A stretch of DNA of 64,000 nucleotides from positions 7,096 through 71,095 of the forward strand of contig CAZIQT010000002.1 of NCBI GenBank assembly GCA_964541645.1, given 5' to 3'. The notes beneath the pieces are model-generated. The model ran no database searches, was not told the origin of the DNA, and saw only the letters and a program-made list of their open reading frames with translations. Below are positions 48,854 to 58,683 of this stretch, piece by piece. How positions within the stretch are numbered: position 1 is the stretch's first letter; each line of letters starts with the position of its first letter. Source of the stretch: an uncultured Halobellus sp. Its GTDB lineage: Archaea > Halobacteriota > Halobacteria > Halobacteriales > Haloferacaceae. The translations under genes and the position numbers were made by a program.

Positions 48854-50560
48854 TCAGATGGTGTACCGTTGTGCGAGCGGGAGCTCCGACGCGGGCTCGC
48901 AGGTGACGTGTTCGCCGTCGATCGTCACCGCGAACGTCTCGGGGTCGACCTCGATGTCGTCGGGGCAGTAGTCGTTGTAGAGCATGTCGCCCTTCCCGGG
49001 CGTGCGGGTCCCCTCGACCGGGAGGACCCGCTTCTCCAAGCCGTAGGCGTCGCCGACGCCAGCGTCGACGGCGGCCGGCGAGACGAACGACGCCGACAGG
49101 GCGTGTTTGGCGCCGCCCTTCGCGCCCGCCCGTTCGCGCTGTTTCACCGGCTCGCAGGTCATGAGCGACCCGTTCGCCTCCCCCATCTCCGAGTGGACGG
49201 GGAACCCGCCTTTGAAGATCATCGCGGGCTTGACCCCGAAGAACGCCGGGTCCCACAGGCAGACGTCGGCGAGCTTCCCGGGTTCGAGCGACCCCACGTG
49301 CTCGTCGATCCCCGACGCGATCGCGGGGTTGATGGTGTACTTCGCCAGGTAGCGTTTGATCCGGCGGTTGTCGCCGGCGGCGTCCGCGTCCGCCGGCACC
49401 GGGCCGCGCTGGGCCTTCATCTTCGAGGCGGTCTGCCACGTCCGGGAGATCACCTCGCCGACGCGACCCATCGCCTGGGCGTCGGAGGTCATCATCGCGA
49501 TCGCGCCCATGTCGTGGAGCACGTCCTCGGCGGCGATGGTCTCCGAGCGGACCCGCGACTCCGCGAACGCGACGTCCTCGGGCACGTCGGGGTTCAGGTG
49601 GTGGCAGACCATCACCATGTCCAGGTGTTCGTCGAAGGTGTTGTCGGTGTACGGCATCGAGGGGTTCGTCGACGACGGGAGCATGTTCGGCTCGCCCACC
49701 AGCTCCATGATGTCGGGGGCGTGGCCGCCGCCGGCGCCCTCGATGTGGAACAGGTGCATCGTGCGGCCGTCGACCGCCTCGAAGGTGGTCTCGAGGAACC
49801 CCGCCTCGTTGAGCGTGTCGGTGTGCAGACACACCTGGACGTCCATGTCGTCGGCGACCGACAGGGCGGTGTCGATGGCCGCGGGCGTCGACCCCCAGTC
49901 CTCGTGGAGCTTCAGCCCGCAGACGCCGGCGCGGATCTGCTCGCGCAGCGGCGCCGGATCGGAGGCGTTGCCCTTCCCGTAGAACCCGACGTTGACCGGC
50001 CACTCGTCGGCGGCCTGGAGGAACCGCTCGACGTTCTCCGGGCCCGTGGTCGTCGTCGCCGCGCCGCCGCCGTAGCCGCCGCCGAGCATCGTGGTGATGC
50101 CGGAGGCGAGCGCGTGGTCGTGGAGCTGCGCGGAGTTCCAGTGGACGTGGACGTCGAGCCCGCCGGCGGTCGCGATCCTCCCCTCCGCGGGGTACGCGTC
50201 GGTCGACGGCCCGACGACCATGTCCACCCCGTCCATCGTGTCGGGGTTACCCGCCTTCCCGATGCCGACGATCTCGCCGTTCCGGATCCCGATGTCGCCC
50301 GCGACGATCCCGACGACGGGGTCGAGCACGGTGGCGTTGGTGATGACCCAGTCCAGCGCCCCCTCGCGTTGGGTCGCGTCCGGCGCCATCCCGAGCCCGT
50401 CGCGGAGCGTCTTCCCGCCGCCGAAGACCGCCTCGTCCCCGTGGGTCCGGAGGTCGGCCTCGACCGCCGCGAACAGCTCCGTGTCGCCGAGTCGGACCGT
50501 GTCGCCCTCGGTGGGGCCGTACAGCTCGGCGTAGTTCCGCCGGTCGATCTCGCGGGTCAT
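48854..50560 (-). CDS. ureC: Urease alpha (catalytic) subunit
   Basis: YGPT.GD.VRLGDT, Ni ligands [13 protein letters not shown] (carbamylated Lys), [32 protein letters not shown]. Confidence 0.97.
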   Translation of the reverse strand: MTREIDRRNYAELYGPTEGDTVRLGDTELFAAVEADLRTHGDEAVFGGGKTLRDGLGMAPDATQREGALDWVITNATVLDPVVGIVAGDIGIRNGEIVGIGKAGNPDTMDGVDMVVGPSTDAYPAEGRIATAGGLDVHVHWNSAQLHDHALASGITTMLGGGYGGGAATTTTGPENVERFLQAADEWPVNVGFYGKGNASDPAPLREQIRAGVCGLKLHEDWGSTPAAIDTALSVADDMDVQVCLHTDTLNEAGFLETTFEAVDGRTMHLFHIEGAGGGHAPDIMELVGEPNMLPSSTNPSMPYTDNTFDEHLDMVMVCHHLNPDVPEDVAFAESRVRSETIAAEDVLHDMGAIAMMTSDAQAMGRVGEVISRTWQTASKMKAQRGPVPADADAAGDNRRIKRYLAKYTINPAIASGIDEHVGSLEPGKLADVCLWDPAFFGVKPAMIFKGGFPVHSEMGEANGSLMTCEPVKQRERAGAKGGAKHALSASFVSPAAVDAGVGDAYGLEKRVLPVEGTRTPGKGDMLYNDYCPDDIEVDPETFAVTIDGEHVTCEPASELPLAQRYTI

Positions 50561-50991
50561 TCCGGCTCCCCGTCGTCGGCGCCGACGTCCGCCCGCTCCC
50601 CGGCAGCCGCATCGGCGCCGGCGTCCCGGAACCCCCGGGCTCGGGCGCGCTCCAGCGCCGCCGCGGGGTCGCCGTCGACGCTGCCGTTCACGAGGCCGTT
50701 CATGCCGTAGGCCCGGCGTTTGCCGCCGATGGCGACGAGTTCGACGGTCCGTTCGTCGCCCGGCTCGAACCGGACGGCGGTGCCGGCCGGGACGTTCAGC
50801 CGCATCCCGTAGGCCGCCTCACGGTCGAACGCGAGCGCGGCGTTGGCCTCGAAGAAGTGGAAATGCGACCCCACCTGGACCGGTCGGTCCCCGGTGTTGC
50901 CCACGGTCACCTCGGCGGTCTCCCGGCCCTCGTTCAGCGTGACCGACCCCTCGCCGACCCGGATCTCGCCGGGGACGAGGTCGCCGGTCAC
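50557..50991 (-). CDS. ureB: Urease beta subunit (GTG start at 50991 assumed; ORF extends to 51057)
   Basis: [37 protein letters not shown]. Confidence 0.93.
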   Translation of the reverse strand: MTGDLVPGEIRVGEGSVTLNEGRETAEVTVGNTGDRPVQVGSHFHFFEANAALAFDREAAYGMRLNVPAGTAVRFEPGDERTVELVAIGGKRRAYGMNGLVNGSVDGDPAAALERARARGFRDAGADAAAGERADVGADDGEPE

Positions 50992-51241
50992 CGACGGCCC
51001 TCCCGAACGGGGCGGCGAAGCGTCGGGCGGCTCGTTGTCGGATCGTTCATCATACACCTCCGTATTAGGTCATTCGGGATAAAAAAGAACTGATGAGACA
51101 ATACTTACCCAATCGAAAACGGGTTCAACCCTACGTCGTAAATCCGGAAGCGATGCACCCGGACCTGTGCCCGAGACGGGCCACGCCCCAGCCGACGACA
51201 CGAGACCCGGACGGAGCGACCGGCGCCGCCCCCGAGCAGGT

Positions 51242-51952
51242 ATGAGCGTGACGCTGCTCGGGGCGGTCGCCACCGCGGGCGTCCTGGGGATCACCCACGC
51301 GGTCGAGCCGGACCACGTCGCGGGGATCACGTCGCTGACGGGCCGGTACGGCGACGCCAGGCTGTCGGCGTTCGTTGGCGCCTGCTTCAGCCTCGGCCAC
51401 GTCGCCCTGGTCGTCTGCTGGCTCGGCGTCGGCTCCCTGCTCCTCGGCCGGACGGAGTTCCCGGCGGCGTTCGACGCGGTCGGAACCGTCGGAGTGGCCG
51501 TCGTCCTCGGCGTCCTCGGGGCGGCGCTCGCAACCGGCGGCCTCCGGCGGGCGGTCTACGAACACGCCCACGACAGCGACGCCCACAGACACGTCCACGT
51601 CCGGCTCCCGTTCGTCGGCGGCGACGAACACGATCACGACCACGCCGTGGCGGGCTATCTCAAAACCGGCGTCGTGGGGGCGCTCTTTACCCTCTCGCCG
51701 CCGCTCTCCATGATCGTGTTCTCGTCGACGCTGCTGTCGGCCGGGCCGGAACTCGTCGCGGTCGCGGTGGGGACCTACGCCGTCGCGATCACCGGCACGA
51801 TGAGCGCGCTCGGCGCCGGTGCCGGCGCGGTGTTCGGGCGGACCGAGCGGCTGAACGCCCGGGTCCACGGCGCCGCGCAGGCGGTGACCGGCGTCGCGGT
51901 CGTCGGACTCGCCGGCTCCCTGCTGGTGGACGTGGTGCCGGCGGTCGGGTAG
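51242..51952 (+). CDS. UreH/NiCoT-like nickel transporter
   Basis: HAVEPDH signature in TM1, LGH, His-rich internal loop; divergent from urease operon. Confidence 0.78.
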   Translation: MSVTLLGAVATAGVLGITHAVEPDHVAGITSLTGRYGDARLSAFVGACFSLGHVALVVCWLGVGSLLLGRTEFPAAFDAVGTVGVAVVLGVLGAALATGGLRRAVYEHAHDSDAHRHVHVRLPFVGGDEHDHDHAVAGYLKTGVVGALFTLSPPLSMIVFSSTLLSAGPELVAVAVGTYAVAITGTMSALGAGAGAVFGRTERLNARVHGAAQAVTGVAVVGLAGSLLVDVVPAVG

Positions 51953-52033
51953 CGCCGGCGCCCGACGGTCCGAGCGACTTCCCGGCGGGTTCCGGGCGGG
52001 CGTGGCGGGGATTTATTATTACCGGCGCGAAAA

Positions 52034-52049
52034 CGGAAGTAGCATTCCG
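52034..52049. promoter_or_regulatory. NrpR-type nitrogen operator CGGAA-N6-TTCCG
   Basis: CGGAA-GTAGCA-TTCCG lies between TATA-like TTTATTAT (~52012-52019) and the ATG at 52052; nrpR-like gene in the same operon. Confidence 0.75.
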
Positions 52050-52051
52050 GT

Positions 52052-53461
52052 ATGTCGACCGACACGCAGACCCCCCCGTCCGACCTGACCGCCGAGGAGC
52101 TGCTCGCCGCGGAGCGCGCGCGGCACCGCGACCGGACGCCGAACTCCGCCGCGCTGGCGGACGACCTCCACGAACTCGTCCCCGCCGGCGTCTGTAGCAC
52201 GTTCCGCGCGTTCGACCCCCACCCGATCCACGCCGAGCGGGCCGAGGGAACGACCCTCTTCGACGTCGACGGCAACGAGTATCTCGACTTCGCGCTCAAC
52301 AACGGGACCCAACTCGTGGGGCACACCCACCCGGAGCTCTCCGAGGCGGCGATCGACCAGATCGGCGACGGCACCCTCTACACCCGGCCGAGCCGGCTGA
52401 TCGAGTACGCCGCCGAACCGCTGATCGACCGGTGGGACGCGATCGAGCAGGTCCGGTTCACGAACAGCGGCACCGAAGCCGTGATGCACGCGACCCGGCT
52501 CGCACGGGCGTACACCGGCCGCGAGAAGATCATCCGGATGGAGGGGGCGTACCACGGCGCCCACGACCCCGCACTGGTGAGTTCGATGCCCCCGCTGGAG
52601 GCGGCGGGGGCGGCGACCGACCCCAACGCAGTCGCGGAGTCACAGGGGATCCCCGACGGCGTCCCCGAAGGGCTGCTGCTCGCACAGTACAACGACGCCG
52701 GCAGCGTGGAACGGCTACTGCGCGAGCACGGATCGGACGTCGCTGCGATCCTCGTCGAGCCCGCGTGTCTGAACCTCGGGGTCGTGGAACCGGAAGACGG
52801 CTTCCTCCGGCGGCTGCGCGAACTCGCCGACGAGTACGGCGTGGTGTTGCTGTTCGACGAGGTGAAGACCGGCGTGAAACTCGCCCCCGGCGGCGGTGCG
52901 GAGTACTACGGCGTCCAGCCGGACCTGGTCGCGCTGGCGAAGGCCATCGGCGGCGGCTATCCGGTCGGCGCGTTCGGCGGCCGCCGGGCGCTGATGGAAC
53001 GCATCGAGGCCGACCTCCGGAAGGGCGCCGCGACCGGGATGGCCCACTACGGGACCTACAACGGGAACCCGCTGGCGCTGCGTGCGGTGGGCGTCACGCT
53101 CCGGGAGGTGCTCGACGCCGACGCCTACGATCACGTCACCCGGCTAGCCGAGCGGCTCGCTGAGGGCTACCGCGACGTGATCGACGACGCCGGGCTCGAC
53201 GCCCACGTGAAGACCGCAGGGTCACAGGGGATGGTCCACTTCACCGACCACCCGATCCGGACGTTCCGGGACTGGGAACACGTCGACGAGGAGCTCCACG
53301 AGGCGTACTGGATCGGGATGGTGAACCGCGGCGTGCTCCCGCATCCCCACGACGCGTCCCAGCAGTGGACCCTGAGCGTCCAGCACACCGCCGACGAGGT
53401 CGACGCCCACGTCGAGGCGTTCGCCGACGTCGCCGACGCCGTCGCCGCGGCGCAGGAGTGA
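52052..53461 (+). CDS. Class III PLP aminotransferase (GSA-aminomutase-like paralog)
   Basis: DVDGNEYLDF, VRFTNSGTEAVMHA.RLAR, EGAYHG, FDEVKTG, PLP Lys in AKAIGGG, GTYNGNP. Confidence 0.9.
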   Translation: MSTDTQTPPSDLTAEELLAAERARHRDRTPNSAALADDLHELVPAGVCSTFRAFDPHPIHAERAEGTTLFDVDGNEYLDFALNNGTQLVGHTHPELSEAAIDQIGDGTLYTRPSRLIEYAAEPLIDRWDAIEQVRFTNSGTEAVMHATRLARAYTGREKIIRMEGAYHGAHDPALVSSMPPLEAAGAATDPNAVAESQGIPDGVPEGLLLAQYNDAGSVERLLREHGSDVAAILVEPACLNLGVVEPEDGFLRRLRELADEYGVVLLFDEVKTGVKLAPGGGAEYYGVQPDLVALAKAIGGGYPVGAFGGRRALMERIEADLRKGAATGMAHYGTYNGNPLALRAVGVTLREVLDADAYDHVTRLAERLAEGYRDVIDDAGLDAHVKTAGSQGMVHFTDHPIRTFRDWEHVDEELHEAYWIGMVNRGVLPHPHDASQQWTLSVQHTADEVDAHVEAFADVADAVAAAQE

Positions 53462-53465
53462 TTCG

Positions 53466-54506
53466 ATGGCGACCGACGCCGACCAGCGCACCTACGACGT
53501 CCTCCGGCTGCTCGCCGAGTTCGAGCCGATCGGCAGCGTCCACCTCACCGAGCACCTCCGGGAGCGGGGCTACTCGATCACCGAACGCACGGTGCGGCTG
53601 ATCCTGTCGGACCTCGACGGCGACGGCCTGACCGAGAAGGCGGGGGGAAAGGGGCGGCAGTTGACGCCGGCGGGGCGCGCGGAACTCGAACGCGGCCGGG
53701 TCAGTGGGCGGACCCAACACGTCCGCGAGCGGCTCTCCGACCTCACGAGCCGGGTCACGTACGATCCGTGGGACGACGCGGGCTCCGTGGTCGTCGGGAC
53801 CGTGCGCGTCCCGGGCGGGGAGCGGTCGACGCTCGAACGGCTCCTGACGGGGCTCGACGGGTCGCCGCTCGGCCCCGTCGTCGCCGCCATCGAGGAGCGC
53901 GACGGCGCCTTGGAGGTCGCGGTCCCGTCGAGTGTGACCGTCGACGGGGTGTTGCTGTCGCACGGCATCGACAGCCACCCCGACACGTTGGGGCTGGTGG
54001 AGTACCGGGCGGACCCGCCGGCGGGGTCGCTGCCCTACGACGACGACGCCCCAGCAGAGGGCGGCGGCGCGATCAGGCGGTTCACCGACGTCGTGAGCGA
54101 CGAGCGCGCGACCCTCGATCTGGTGTCGCTGCTCGTCGGCGCGAACCGAACCGACGTTGCGGCCGCGGTCGACGGCGACACCGGACTCCTGGTGGCCGAC
54201 AACCGCGAGATCCCGCTGGCCCGGTACGACGCCGCCGACGAGCTCGTCCCCGGGATCCGGGACCGGCTGGGGGGCGTCTTCGACCTCCGCCGGCCGCGGG
54301 AGTCGGGGCCGTTCCCGTGGGGCCAGCCGGGGTGGACGTTCGCGTCGCTCACCTACGCCGGGATCGCGGAGTGCGTGATCGGCCGGTGCGTCGAGGCCGG
54401 GATCGCGACCGAGTGGGAGACCCTTGCGGGGATCCGTCGGCGGTCGGCCCTGTCCGCTCCCCGATCTCACGTGGACGATCGTAGCGATTCGTGGACGTTC
54501 GGTTAG
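53466..54506 (+). CDS. nrpR: NrpR-like nitrogen regulator (wHTH plus a single NRD/DUF128 domain)
   Basis: VLRLL...PIGS..L.E.L..RGY.ITERTVR..L..LD..GLT.K....GR.LT..G..EL followed by VTYDP....G.VVV and S.T.DGVLL..GI, as in methanogen NrpR/NrpRI. Confidence 0.75.
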   Translation: MATDADQRTYDVLRLLAEFEPIGSVHLTEHLRERGYSITERTVRLILSDLDGDGLTEKAGGKGRQLTPAGRAELERGRVSGRTQHVRERLSDLTSRVTYDPWDDAGSVVVGTVRVPGGERSTLERLLTGLDGSPLGPVVAAIEERDGALEVAVPSSVTVDGVLLSHGIDSHPDTLGLVEYRADPPAGSLPYDDDAPAEGGGAIRRFTDVVSDERATLDLVSLLVGANRTDVAAAVDGDTGLLVADNREIPLARYDAADELVPGIRDRLGGVFDLRRPRESGPFPWGQPGWTFASLTYAGIAECVIGRCVEAGIATEWETLAGIRRRSALSAPRSHVDDRSDSWTFG

Positions 54507-54612
54507 TCGACGGGCGGATCAGTAGCGAAATACCCAAACATCGTGTGATTCTCGTCGGTGTATAGAAGCATTTATCCCTGAAGAAGAAAGTCCGACACAC
54601 GGTGGCAATCCT

Positions 54613-55728
54613 ATGCCAGGACAAGACACACACAACCGTCGCGAGTTCCTGCGGAAGACGACTGCGGGCGTGGGGGCGGCCGCGCTCACGGGGCTGGCCG
54701 GGTGTTCCGGCGGCGGGGTTCTCGGGGGCGCAAGCGAGCCGAGCGGCCCGCTGACCGTCGCCGTCTACGGCGGAGTCTTTCAGGAGGTAATGGACGAACA
54801 GCTGTTCGCGCCGTTCAACGAGGAGTTCGACTTCGAGGCCCAGTCGGAGGCCCAGCCGACCGCCGAGGAGGCGCTCACCCAGTACGAGAACGCCGTCGGC
54901 GCCGGCGAGGCCCCGGTCGACGTCGCCATTCTGGCGAACACCGGCGTCCTCCAGGGGCTCAACTCGGATCTCTTCCACCTCTGGGAGGACGACTTCGAGA
55001 ACCTCCAGTACATCAGCGACGGGCTGATCCGCGAGGTCGACGGCGGGATCGCGAGCATCGGCGCGCTGTCGTGGTACATCAACCTCGTCCAGAACACCGA
55101 CGTCATCAGCGAACCCGTCGACACGTGGGAGGCGCTGTGGGACGGCCAGTACGAGGACCGGATGGCGCTGCTCAGCTACGCCTCCAACTCCTTCCTGCTC
55201 GAAGTCACCGCGAACCTCTATTTCGACGGTAACGAGACGCTCAGCTCCCGGGACGGCGTCGAGGAGGTCCTCGGAAAGCTCGAAGAGGTGAAGCCGCAGG
55301 CCAACATGTGGTACGAGAACGAGGCCGAGTTCCAACAGCGGCTCCGGGACGCCCAGGTGCCCGCGGGGATGCTCTACAACGACGTGACGCTGGTCATGCA
55401 GGAGGAGGGCGCGCCGGTGCAGTCGAACTTCGTCCAGGAGGGGTCGATCCTGGACTCCGGCCACTGGGTCACGCTGAAGACCACGGAACTCACCGCGGAG
55501 GCGCGGCAGTTCATCGACTACGCGAGCCGGCCGGCGGTCCAGGACCGCGTCGCCGAGAACCTGTTCACCAGCCCGACGATCGACCGGCAGTACTCGGAGA
55601 TCGACGAGGAGACCTACCGGACCATCGCCGGCCCCGGCCCCGGCGAGGCCATCGTTCCCAAGTACGACCTCTACGTCGAGGAGGAAGACTGGATCAACGA
55701 GCGGTGGAACGAGTTCATCATCGACTAA
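54613..55728 (+). CDS. PotD/PotF-like ABC solute-binding lipoprotein (polyamine/amine type)
   Basis: NRREFL Tat motif plus LAGC; YGG.F, TWEALWD, A.QFIDY...P.VQ. Confidence 0.8.
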   Translation: MPGQDTHNRREFLRKTTAGVGAAALTGLAGCSGGGVLGGASEPSGPLTVAVYGGVFQEVMDEQLFAPFNEEFDFEAQSEAQPTAEEALTQYENAVGAGEAPVDVAILANTGVLQGLNSDLFHLWEDDFENLQYISDGLIREVDGGIASIGALSWYINLVQNTDVISEPVDTWEALWDGQYEDRMALLSYASNSFLLEVTANLYFDGNETLSSRDGVEEVLGKLEEVKPQANMWYENEAEFQQRLRDAQVPAGMLYNDVTLVMQEEGAPVQSNFVQEGSILDSGHWVTLKTTELTAEARQFIDYASRPAVQDRVAENLFTSPTIDRQYSEIDEETYRTIAGPGPGEAIVPKYDLYVEEEDWINERWNEFIID

Positions 55729-55755
55729 GTCGATGGAGCGACTCCCCCTCCAGTA

Positions 55756-56841
55756 ATGAGCGGCATCACCCTCTCGGGGTTGACCAAACGGTACGGGAGC
55801 GACGTCCTCGCGGTCGACGACGTGGATCTCGAGATCGAGAGCGGCGAGTTCGTCACGCTCGTCGGCCCCTCGGGCTGCGGGAAGACGACGACCCTGCGGA
55901 GCATCGCGGGGTTCGAGATGCCGACGGCGGGGTCCGTCCGAGTTGGCGGGGTCGACGTCACCGACGCGCCGCCCTACGAGCGCAACACCGGGATGGTCTT
56001 CCAGGACTTCGCGCTGTTTCCGCACATGACCGTCTTCGAGAACGTCGCCTACGGCATGGAGGCCGACGGCGGCTACACCCGGGCGGAGATCGAAGACCGG
56101 GTCGCCGAGATGCTGGCGCTCGTCGAACTGCCGGAGTTCGGCGACCGGTATCCCGACCAGCTCTCCGGCGGCCAACAGCAGCGCATCGCCCTAGCACGGG
56201 CGTTGGCACCGCAGCCGGACGCGCTCCTCCTCGACGAGCCGCTGGCGAGCCTCGACAAGAAGCTCCGCGAGCAGATGCAGGTGGAGCTCCGGCGGATCCA
56301 GGAGGAGATCGGCATCACCACCGTCTTCGTGACTCACAACCAGGAGGAAGCGCTGACCATGTCCGACCGCCTCGCGGTGATGAACGAGGGGCGGTTCGAG
56401 CAGGTCGGGCCGCCGGAGGACGTCTACGACGAGCCGGACTCCCGGTTCGTCGCCGACTTCATCGGGACCGCGAACATCTTCGACAGCTCGGTCACGGGCG
56501 TCGAGAACGGCTACGCCACGGTCGACGCCGGGGGTACCGCGATCGAGGCGGTGCGGAGCGACGGCGTGGCCGCCGGCGACGAGGTCTCCGTGATCGTCCG
56601 CCCCGAGCGGTTCCGGTTCGCGTCGGAGGCCGCGGCGGTGAGCGCCGACGACGCGGCGAACGTCTTCGAGGGCGAGATCACGTTCAAGCGGCATCTCGGC
56701 AGTAGCGTCGAATCCCGGCTGGAGACCGCAGACGGCCGTGAACTCGTCGTCGTCCACCGGAGCGGGCTCCACGACCACGAGCCGGGCGACAGGGTGACCG
56801 TCTCGGTCGACGCCGACGACTGTCGGCTCGTGACCCGGTAG
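55756..56841 (+). CDS. PotA-like ABC ATP-binding subunit
   Basis: GPSGCGKTTTLR.IAGFE, PPYERN, FQDFALFPHM, LSGGQQQR, LDKKLRE.MQ.EL. Confidence 0.92.
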   Translation: MSGITLSGLTKRYGSDVLAVDDVDLEIESGEFVTLVGPSGCGKTTTLRSIAGFEMPTAGSVRVGGVDVTDAPPYERNTGMVFQDFALFPHMTVFENVAYGMEADGGYTRAEIEDRVAEMLALVELPEFGDRYPDQLSGGQQQRIALARALAPQPDALLLDEPLASLDKKLREQMQVELRRIQEEIGITTVFVTHNQEEALTMSDRLAVMNEGRFEQVGPPEDVYDEPDSRFVADFIGTANIFDSSVTGVENGYATVDAGGTAIEAVRSDGVAAGDEVSVIVRPERFRFASEAAAVSADDAANVFEGEITFKRHLGSSVESRLETADGRELVVVHRSGLHDHEPGDRVTVSVDADDCRLVTR

Positions 56842-58683
56842 ATGGCGACCGAAACCTCTCCCGGAAACGAGTCCGGCACGTCGGGACGGGCGGGCATCGC
56901 GGGGAAGGCCAAGTGGTACGTCCTCTCGTACCCGCTCGTGTGGCTGCTGGTCGTGTTTCTGGTTCCGCTGGGGATGCTTGTCGTGTTCAGCTTCTGGGTG
57001 AACATCCCCGGGGGCCAGTACCGCCCGGGCGTCACGCTGGAGAACTACGTTCGCTTCCTCACGCAGTCGATCTACCTCCAGCAGTTGCGGGTGACGATCG
57101 AGCTCTCGCTCATCACGTCGCTGGCCTCTCTGGTGCTCGGCTACCCGCTCGCGTACTTCCTCGCGCGGCTCGACCGGCCGTGGCTCCGGAGCACGCTTCT
57201 GGTCACCATCATCTCGTCGCTGTGGATCACCTACGTCATCCGGGCGTACGCGTGGCAGGTCATCCTCGCGTCGGGCGGCATCGTGAGCTCCGTCGGGGTC
57301 GCGATCGGCGTGCTCGAAGCCCAGACCTCCTTCTACCCGGGATACTGGGGGCTCGTCGTTGGCATGGTCTACGTGTTCCTGCCGTTCATGGTGTTGACGT
57401 TGTACAGCAGCATCCGGAACCTCGACGGCGAGCTGCTGGAGGCGTCGAAGAACCTCGGCGCGGGGCCGTTGCGCACGTTCCGGAAGGTCACGCTGCCGCT
57501 GACCAAGAGCGGGATCACGAGCGGAACGGCGCTGGTGTTCATCCTCGCGCTAGGGTCGTACGTCCTGCCCCGGCTCCTCGGGAACGCCAACCAGCGGACG
57601 CTCCCGGTGTTGATCGAACAGCAGATCATGAGCGAGAGCAACTACCCGTTCGGCGCCGCGATGAGCATCGGGCTCATCGTGGTCGTGCTCGCGTTCCTCT
57701 GGCTGCTGCTCCGCGTGACCGACGTGTCGGCCGGCGGGCTCGGCGGTGCGGACGTCGACGACGACGACCCGGTTCCCGGACGGGGTGACGGGCTGCTCGA
57801 CGGGCTCCGGAGCGGGCTCCGGTCGGCCGCCGCCGCCGTCGGGCTCACGCGCGCCGCGGCGGGGCTCGGGTCGGCGCTCGGCGCGATCGACCCCCGGACC
57901 CGCGAGGCGGCGATCCGGGTCGGGCTCAAGGCGTACGTCGGGACGGTGATGACCTACATCGCGGCGCCGCTCGTGATCATCGTCGCGGTGTCGTTCACCC
58001 CCAGCGAGTTCCTGACGTTCCCGCCGGGCGGGTTCTCCCTCCGGTGGTACGTCACGTTCTTCACCGACGGGTCGTGGGTCGTCGCGCTGGTCAACAGCCT
58101 GGGGATCGCGGTGGCGGCCGCGCTGCTCGCCACGTCGATCGGCGGGATCCTGGCGTTCGCGCTCGACCGCTTCGACTACCGATTCGAGTCGGTGCTCGCG
58201 ACGTTCGGGGTCCTGCCGATCCTGGTGCCGCCGGTCATCATCGGGGTCGCGTTCCTGGTGTTCTTCCTCCAACTCGGCGTGGCGGGCAACCGGCTGAGCA
58301 TCGTCGTCGCCCACGGGATCTTCTACGCGCCGTTCCCGTTCATCCTCATCACCCAGGGGCTGGGCGAGTTGAACCGGAGCTACGAGGAGGCGGCGATGAA
58401 CCTCGGGGCGTCGCCGGTCCGGACGATCCGGACGATCACGTATCCGCTCCTCCGCGCGAACGTGGTGTCGGGGGCGCTGTTCGCGTTCATCCTCTCGCTG
58501 AACGAGTACATCATCGCGTGGCTGCTGTCGTTATTCCTCGTTGATACCATCCCGATCCACATCTTCAATCAGCTGCGGTACTCCTACCCGCCGACCATCG
58601 CGGCCGCGAGCACGGTGTTCATTCTGCTCACGGTCGTGGTGATGACGTCGATCGACCGGCTGTCGGGGGGGATCTGGCAGTGA
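56842..58683 (+). CDS. Fused PotB-PotC-like double ABC permease
   Basis: A single 613-aa ORF with two EAA loops (LLEASKNLGA, YEEAAMNLGAS) joined by an acidic/Gly-Ala linker. Confidence 0.88.
   Translation: MATETSPGNESGTSGRAGIAGKAKWYVLSYPLVWLLVVFLVPLGMLVVFSFWVNIPGGQYRPGVTLENYVRFLTQSIYLQQLRVTIELSLITSLASLVLGYPLAYFLARLDRPWLRSTLLVTIISSLWITYVIRAYAWQVILASGGIVSSVGVAIGVLEAQTSFYPGYWGLVVGMVYVFLPFMVLTLYSSIRNLDGELLEASKNLGAGPLRTFRKVTLPLTKSGITSGTALVFILALGSYVLPRLLGNANQRTLPVLIEQQIMSESNYPFGAAMSIGLIVVVLAFLWLLLRVTDVSAGGLGGADVDDDDPVPGRGDGLLDGLRSGLRSAAAAVGLTRAAAGLGSALGAIDPRTREAAIRVGLKAYVGTVMTYIAAPLVIIVAVSFTPSEFLTFPPGGFSLRWYVTFFTDGSWVVALVNSLGIAVAAALLATSIGGILAFALDRFDYRFESVLATFGVLPILVPPVIIGVAFLVFFLQLGVAGNRLSIVVAHGIFYAPFPFILITQGLGELNRSYEEAAMNLGASPVRTIRTITYPLLRANVVSGALFAFILSLNEYIIAWLLSLFLVDTIPIHIFNQLRYSYPPTIAAASTVFILLTVVVMTSIDRLSGGIWQ

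Noticed and set aside
48869..50710. Long antisense ORFs such as this 613-aa one and 5935-7968, 1950-3437, 43157-44752, 54349-56175
   Set aside because: Antisense mirrors of real genes caused by GC3 bias; no motifs.
52052..53461. Calling this gene hemL
   Set aside because: It is HemL-like, but there are no tetrapyrrole genes nearby and the context is nitrogen catabolism, so it is treated as a paralog.
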